A stretch of 64,000 nt of DNA from a virus: positions 23,977 to 87,976 of IMG/VR virus record IMGVR_UViG_3300031251_000005; one strand, 5' to 3'. The notes below the pieces were generated by a model. The model worked only from the letters and a program-made list of their open reading frames with translations, did no database searches and was not told the DNA's origin. The stretch's first letter is position 1. Each line of letters starts with the position of its first letter. Below, piece by piece: positions 58,003 through 64,000 of this stretch. The translations under genes were made by a program, and so were the position numbers.

Positions 58003-60180
58003 TTATAAATTACCCTGTCTAGCAAAAGCAGCTACTATATTTCCAGGTAAAGTGTCATTTATTTCCCATTGTAAGAAATGGTCAACTGAAAGGAAACTAG
58101 CCCAGTTTTGTAAGCCTTGAGCCTTTCTTAATCTCCATCTAGAACTAAAATAATATTGATCAGCTAACCCTAAACTACCTAATACCGCCATGTAATCTGT
58201 AAAGTTATTTTCTTCATCTATTACACTTAACCCTATTAAATCAGTTAAACTTAAATCAGTAGTAATAGGCACGTGTAAAATTTTAGATAAATTAGTAACA
58301 GTAAAATTTATATCAATAGCTAAAGGTTGTTGTTTAACATTCCAGCCTACATTACCAGCTCCTCTAGTAATGCTTAAACTAGTGATCATACCTAATTGAA
58401 TTTGTGTTCTACCTTTTTGCCATAGCTTACACAAAAAAGGTCCAGTATATGAATTTCTACCTGTAGTTCTAGGCGCAGCTGCAGCTATTAACATTGCAGT
58501 GGGTACTAGAATATTAGTTAAAATAGATATTGGATTACCATACGGCGTTCTTAGTTGTATGCTATAACTACTAGTTGGTAGACTAACTGTGGATGTATCC
58601 CAAAATTCAGGAATATCAACAAAAGCTTTACCACCTAATAAGGCTAATCCACTTAATCCTACTCCACTTGCATATCCAGCTGCAAATTTACCCAATCCAC
58701 TAACCATCCCTTCTATAGTATCTACTACAATATTATCACTTATATTACCACCAGCTAAATCAAACCATTTGTTTTTAGCTGACCTAGCTACGTCATTCAT
58801 TTTATTAGCAATATCAGATTCTTTAGTACTATTATTAAATGATTCAGAAACATGGGACTCATAATCTACTATAAAAGACACAAATGCACTACCATCTCTA
58901 CCTTCAGCTGTAGCAAATTTAGCATATTCTTCAAAGTGTTTACTGATACCATACCATAGTTTTTTAACACCAGCTAATCCTTCTTCAGCTGCAACACTTA
59001 TACCTTCCATACCACTACTTATACCTTCCATAACACTACTGGCAATAGTATCTGGCGCCTTATCTGGGGATGGTGTACCAGTAGAAGGCAAGTCAATTTT
59101 TTCTTGTAATCCTAAAGCAGTACCAGCAGCGCTGTTTATATATCCTTGTGTATCGCTACTACCTCTATAGTAATCCCCAAATGCAGGCGGTTGTTGTACA
59201 TTAAAACTAGATGATCCACCATTGATATAGCCTATTACTGCATTATAAGCAGCTTCATCTGTGAGACCATTTGTACTTTCTCTAATAGCTTCTAAAGCTT
59301 TATTGTGAGCATCTGATAATCTTTGATATCTAGCAGATACTTGTCTAATATCAATACCACCGGCATTGTTTAACATAAAGTCTGGTAACACATTAGAGAT
59401 TTGACTTGCAGTAGAATACTTAGAATAATCTATACTAATAGGATCACTAGATGGATTACTGCCTGTGGTATTTCTAGTTACATCCCCTGGTTCCGTACCT
59501 TGTACTAACTTCATATTAACTGATAAAGCATTTACAATAGTGGTAACAGTACTCCAATATAAAGCCATAGTGGGTTTCATGTAATAAAACTTACTAAGTG
59601 GCCTATGTTGAAAACTAGCTAATGCTTTTTTAGCAGTACCATATAGTTTAGCGGTTATGCATAACTCAGGCACTACTGTCCATAATGTTATAAAACCTAT
59701 ATATTTACCCGCAGTATAAAGGATACTATCATTAGTCTGACCACTATTAGCCATAGGTCCTAATGAAGGATCATAAAAGTTACTAATAAAATTAGATAAA
59801 GAGTTATATGACGGTACACCAAATTGCATATAAATCCTTTGTGCATTTACATCTATAGCTTCAGCATAATATCTACCCATACCACAAGTATCAGATGGTC
59901 CTGGGTTTCCATTAGTAACTGTATTAGCTAATAGACTAGGTAAATTAGGATCAGCAAATCTAGTAAACTGTGGTTTAGGGTTAATAGATCTATTACCACC
60001 TAAAGTAGTATCTGCAAAAGATAGATGTTGATAACTCCAACCACCAGCATAAGTCTGTTCTTTGCTCCTAGCATTAGAATCATGTGCTGCCCCTCTCTCT
60101 GGCATTAATAAGGATTGCCTTATCCATGAACTATCAGATATCTCACCTAATAATTGTTGTGTGTTTGTATATATAGCCAT
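58003..60180 (-). CDS. Tail/baseplate hub protein (phiKZ gp182-like)
   Basis: DTTLGGN..INP.PQFTR.AD, GMGRYYAEAID, LRTPYGN, GMITSLSITRG; downstream of the tape-measure gene. Confidence 0.7.
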   Translation of the reverse strand: MAIYTNTQQLLGEISDSSWIRQSLLMPERGAAHDSNARSKEQTYAGGWSYQHLSFADTTLGGNRSINPKPQFTRFADPNLPSLLANTVTNGNPGPSDTCGMGRYYAEAIDVNAQRIYMQFGVPSYNSLSNFISNFYDPSLGPMANSGQTNDSILYTAGKYIGFITLWTVVPELCITAKLYGTAKKALASFQHRPLSKFYYMKPTMALYWSTVTTIVNALSVNMKLVQGTEPGDVTRNTTGSNPSSDPISIDYSKYSTASQISNVLPDFMLNNAGGIDIRQVSARYQRLSDAHNKALEAIRESTNGLTDEAAYNAVIGYINGGSSSFNVQQPPAFGDYYRGSSDTQGYINSAAGTALGLQEKIDLPSTGTPSPDKAPDTIASSVMEGISSGMEGISVAAEEGLAGVKKLWYGISKHFEEYAKFATAEGRDGSAFVSFIVDYESHVSESFNNSTKESDIANKMNDVARSAKNKWFDLAGGNISDNIVVDTIEGMVSGLGKFAAGYASGVGLSGLALLGGKAFVDIPEFWDTSTVSLPTSSYSIQLRTPYGNPISILTNILVPTAMLIAAAAPRTTGRNSYTGPFLCKLWQKGRTQIQLGMITSLSITRGAGNVGWNVKQQPLAIDINFTVTNLSKILHVPITTDLSLTDLIGLSVIDEENNFTDYMAVLGSLGLADQYYFSSRWRLRKAQGLQNWASFLSVDHFLQWEINDTLPGNIVAAFARQGNL

Positions 60181-60200
60181 AATTAAAGATACCTTATGAA

Positions 60201-60232
60201 ATAGATAGATGATTAATTAATCATCTATCTAT
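60201..60232. terminator. Perfect 32-bp palindrome
   Basis: atagatagatgattaa|ttaatcatctatctat. Confidence 0.7.
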
Positions 60233-60241
60233 ATATTTGTA

Positions 60242-63200
60242 TTAACTTTTTCTTTGTAGATTTAATACAGGTTTAATACCTGGTGAATTGTTTGTATTAG
60301 TATTACCAGCTATAATAGTAGTATTAGGTTTTGCATTTAATGAATTATCTACTAATTGAGCTAATAGCTCATTAGTTTTCTTAGCTTCATCTATATGCAA
60401 ATCTCTTTGTTTAGCTGCATCCGCAGCAGTAGAAAGAGTAGTCTTACTAATATGAGATAGATCTGGCATTACTACTTGTGTGTTATCTTGAGCTAAACTA
60501 GGTTTATTAGATACAGCACTATCTATTACAGAAATACTATTATCCGCTGGAGCTGGTTTAGCAGCTAGCATTGGATTTTGTGCTACTGTAGTAGTATTTG
60601 GTGTAGTTTTAAAAGGAGCACCACTATTTATAGGGGTTGGTACTATAGAAGCAGTTGAAGTATTATTAGCCGTATTATCTTTATTACTATTAGCTATTAA
60701 ATCTGATCCATCGCTAGAAACAGCCTTTTGATAAGCAGATTCTTCATCCATTCCTTGATCAATATATTGCTTATATAATTGTCTACTTTTATCCATAGCA
60801 GCTAATATCTGTGGCCCAGTTACACTAGCTTTATTACCATGTCCATATTTACTAGCGCCAGTGGTAGGATCAGCTATACTAGCCCACTCCCAAGCTGCTG
60901 CATTAGCAGCTCCTATATTATCATCACTCTTACCTTTTATATAAGCAGATATTGCTTTTCTCTTCTTATCTAATAAAAAATTAGAAAATAATCTTTCTTG
61001 TGTATTTTCATCAAATAAAGTAGTATTTGGGTCTATACCTAAAACTCTAACTGCATCCGTTAAGGTAGCTGGAATCATCTGATACTTACCAACTGCAAAT
61101 AGTCTATCCGGATCACTAGGAGGTCTTCTAGAATCTTCTAATATCTCAGCTATAGTCATTTTAGTTAATTCTTTATGACCTACTGGACCTAATATTCTAT
61201 TACCTGAGGTACCACGATTATAAGCATTATATCCTTCAATACCAGACTCAGCTCCACGTATTAATCCTGCTAATGAGTTTACCACTGGTTTAATAATATT
61301 CTTATTAACCCATTTAGCTCCAGTGACTACAGTTGAACCAACCTTTTTAGCACCGGCTACTATAGCACTTTTAACTTCATTATAAACTCTAGCTCCTTTC
61401 TCAAATACATTTCTGCTAGTCCAGTCAATAGCTTTTTCTCTTAAAGATCTTTTATCCTCTACTAAACCAGCTTGTTTCTCTGCATTATCTTTATCATAAG
61501 TATCTGTTAAAGTTTTAACAGTATGAGTAACACTAGGAGCTAAAGTGGGTTTAGTTGGTTTAATTGATTTTAAGTTAGCTAAAGTAGTATTAGCTCCTCT
61601 TTTAGCCATATTCTTTATTTGTTCAGATAAAGTCTTAATATACCCACTATTATCAGATATAGCTATATCTTTCCATGGTGATGAATGAATAGCATAAGGA
61701 TTTATACCAGCAATATTATCACTAAATTGTACTAAATTAACAAATTTAAAAATTAAATCATTTGATAATTTAGAATCAACGTCTTTTAATTTAATATTAG
61801 CTAAATTCTTTGCAACAACAGTATGTTTTACATAGACTGGTAAAAATCTACGATAAAACCATTCACTAAAGTTTTTATAGTCAGTAGGATTATCTACATT
61901 ACCACCAAAGTCACTAGCATAAGTAGCCCATAATTCTTTTGATGTTTTAGAAATATCAGGATAACCACTTTCAGATATTTTAATATATGAAGAAACATCT
62001 TCCTCAAAATATCTAATAGTAACGAACGCATGGCTATTATCAACTGGTATACCATATTGTAAGAATCTTAATAACTCTAATCTTTTTAATGAGGTTCTTC
62101 TAGATATAGCTTTATATGCTTTATAACCAGCAAAGATTCCAGCACCAGCTAATAAAGCCCAACCAATAGGATTTGAAACTAAAGCTATAGTAGATCCTAA
62201 GGCAGCTAATCCACCACCAGCTACCGCAGCTTCAGTAGCAACAGCTGCACCACCAGCTACCGCAGCTTCAGTAGCAACAGCTGCACCACCAGATGCTGCA
62301 CCTACTGCAGTGCTTCCAGCAGCTCCAGCACCTAACCCACCTAATAACCAACCAGCACCAGATTTAATAGTATCCCAAACACCACTACTTTCTTCTTTAT
62401 CCTTGTTCTTATTAAAAGCACCTAGTAAAGAACTTATAATTCCTTTCTTACCTTTACTAGTTTCATCTCCAGTTATATTACTCCCTTCAGATTGTGCTTC
62501 TTTAGCTTTCTTAGCAGCTTCTCGTTTCTTTATAATATCATTTACACCACCAGATCTGTTAGCTTCTTTTTGTTCAGAATCTTCAACTGGAAAAGCTTTT
62601 TGTATATATAAGAAAATATCATTTAATTTACTACTAACAATATCTTCTTTCTTTTCAAAAATAGGGGTAACTTTATCTACTAAAGATGATATTAAACTAA
62701 ATGGGGATAATAAACCCATACCTAAAGATTTAGTACTAAGTAATTTATTTTTAACTTTACTTAGAAAACCAACAGCGCTTTTAACTAAAGGTTTATTCAT
62801 ATAGTCATTTAGACCAGATTTAAATTCTTCTTCAGTTAAAATAATATTACCAAATTTATCTTTAACAGCACCTTTAATATCTTCTACTGTTTTAATAACA
62901 TACCCGGTAGTAGCATCTATGTACCCACCTTCTTTCATTATAGAAGCATATATTCTAGGTACTGTTTCATTTTTTAAATAGACATCTTTAATAGGTGTTA
63001 AATAATTAGACACTCTAGTAATTGCAGATTTAACATTTTCAATAGTAAAGTCCTCTTTATTTAATCCTTTAATTAAACTAAAAGCATTAGATAATCTATC
63101 TTTAATAGGGACATTATTAACATCTACTAAACCAGCTAAATAATCTTCTGCAGTTAATATCAAGTTACCAAATTTATCTACTACTTCACCTTTAATATCT

Positions 63201-64000
63201 TTAAAGGTATAAATTTGTTTACCAGTTAATTTATCATAATATTCACCAGCCATAATTTTAGCTGCAGCTAATGTAGGTATTTTATTTTTACCTTTTACAT
63301 AAATATCCATTATTCTCTCTTTAGTAATACCACGTTTAGTTAGTTTAGGTAAGATAGCTGCACTGAGTTTATTAAAATTATTACTAAATGACATTTTAAA
63401 CTCTTCAGGAAACATAGAAGCTAGTTTCTTATGAGCATTAGTGAATATATTTTTAACTGGTTTACCTTTACTATCTATAAAGCCATTAGCAAAATCTTTA
63501 ACAGATACTACAATGCTACCATATCTATCTATTATTTCTCCTTTTACATCTTGTATAGAAATTATCTGTTTACCAGTTAATCTATCGTAATATTCACCTA
63601 ATCTTAATTTAGCCATGCTAAAAATAGGAGTATTAGGATTGCTTCTAGTAAATAGATCAGTAATCTTATTATCTTTGTGTTTACCAGATATAAACCCTGC
63701 TATATTGCCTAAACCATGTAAAAAAGATCCAGCTAATCCAAGTGGAGCTTGTATCATAGATTTTAATCTAGGTAAATTATCAATAGTTCTACCCGGCACT
63801 TTACTTAAAGTAGATATACCTTTACCAAATGCCCAACCACCCGTATCAATTAAAGTAGATAAAATTGTTTCTATTGGCATTTTTAAAGAACTAGCTAAAC
63901 TTCCTGCTGTAGATAAAAGGTCACCCATTCTACCTGGTGCATTTTTAGTACCATGGAATAACCCACGTAGTCCTAAGTTACCTAATTTAAACCCAGCCTT
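60242..64000 (-). CDS. Tape-measure-like tail protein with a lysozyme-like domain (phiKZ gp181-like); 5' end outside the window
   Basis: Frame stays open from 63928 to the edge; ESG..GYNAYNRG...AVGKYQMIP.TL...TQERL...EWAS muramidase motifs; G/A-rich hydrophobic segment; three internal repeats. Confidence 0.75.
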   Translation of the reverse strand, partial: KAGFKLGNLGLRGLFHGTKNAPGRMGDLLSTAGSLASSLKMPIETILSTLIDTGGWAFGKGISTLSKVPGRTIDNLPRLKSMIQAPLGLAGSFLHGLGNIAGFISGKHKDNKITDLFTRSNPNTPIFSMAKLRLGEYYDRLTGKQIISIQDVKGEIIDRYGSIVVSVKDFANGFIDSKGKPVKNIFTNAHKKLASMFPEEFKMSFSNNFNKLSAAILPKLTKRGITKERIMDIYVKGKNKIPTLAAAKIMAGEYYDKLTGKQIYTFKDIKGEVVDKFGNLILTAEDYLAGLVDVNNVPIKDRLSNAFSLIKGLNKEDFTIENVKSAITRVSNYLTPIKDVYLKNETVPRIYASIMKEGGYIDATTGYVIKTVEDIKGAVKDKFGNIILTEEEFKSGLNDYMNKPLVKSAVGFLSKVKNKLLSTKSLGMGLLSPFSLISSLVDKVTPIFEKKEDIVSSKLNDIFLYIQKAFPVEDSEQKEANRSGGVNDIIKKREAAKKAKEAQSEGSNITGDETSKGKKGIISSLLGAFNKNKDKEESSGVWDTIKSGAGWLLGGLGAGAAGSTAVGAASGGAAVATEAAVAGGAAVATEAAVAGGGLAALGSTIALVSNPIGWALLAGAGIFAGYKAYKAISRRTSLKRLELLRFLQYGIPVDNSHAFVTIRYFEEDVSSYIKISESGYPDISKTSKELWATYASDFGGNVDNPTDYKNFSEWFYRRFLPVYVKHTVVAKNLANIKLKDVDSKLSNDLIFKFVNLVQFSDNIAGINPYAIHSSPWKDIAISDNSGYIKTLSEQIKNMAKRGANTTLANLKSIKPTKPTLAPSVTHTVKTLTDTYDKDNAEKQAGLVEDKRSLREKAIDWTSRNVFEKGARVYNEVKSAIVAGAKKVGSTVVTGAKWVNKNIIKPVVNSLAGLIRGAESGIEGYNAYNRGTSGNRILGPVGHKELTKMTIAEILEDSRRPPSDPDRLFAVGKYQMIPATLTDAVRVLGIDPNTTLFDENTQERLFSNFLLDKKRKAISAYIKGKSDDNIGAANAAAWEWASIADPTTGASKYGHGNKASVTGPQILAAMDKSRQLYKQYIDQGMDEESAYQKAVSSDGSDLIANSNKDNTANNTSTASIVPTPINSGAPFKTTPNTTTVAQNPMLAAKPAPADNSISVIDSAVSNKPSLAQDNTQVVMPDLSHISKTTLSTAADAAKQRDLHIDEAKKTNELLAQLVDNSLNAKPNTTIIAGNTNTNNSPGIKPVLNLQRKS
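62213..62292. repeat. 36-bp tandem duplication encoding AAVATEAAVAGG
   Basis: accaccagctaccgcagcttcagtagcaacagctgc twice, plus 8 bp. Confidence 0.9.

Noticed and set aside
1-64000. Stop-codon reassignment, introns or inteins
   Set aside because: Core genes are full length in the standard code, all three stop codons are used, and no splicing motifs were recognised.

Overview
A 64 kb segment of an AT-rich phiKZ-like jumbo phage (probably Chimalliviridae; the chimallin gene itself is not in this window), most likely infecting a Gram-negative host. Core genes: two split multisubunit RNA polymerase beta fragments (gp123-like non-virion, gp149-like virion), portal, baseplate and tail-fibre genes, RuvC, RNase H, SbcC, RecA/UvsX, Dcd, ThyA, DHFR, two free peptidoglycan hydrolases and a tape-measure/lysozyme protein cut by the right edge. 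phiKZ gene numbers are from recalled motifs and synteny, not from a database search. Non-coding architecture stands out: (i) 24 listed intergenic hairpins, 17 of them perfect loop-less 28-44 bp palindromes; (ii) a ~100 bp promoter-hairpin-RBS cassette in four copies driving unrelated accessory genes, with visible insertion scars; (iii) a 1.1 kb gene-free, hairpin-dense region at an apparent GC-skew switch (candidate replication origin); (iv) short exact DNA patches shared between unrelated loci, including 88 bp of the RNAP gene inside a dead transglycosylase paralog; (v) a degenerate tRNA. Accessory cargo includes a nucleotidyltransferase, a Nudix hydrolase, a Cys-rich protein and a small protein with Csx15/16/20 ring-nuclease-like motifs.
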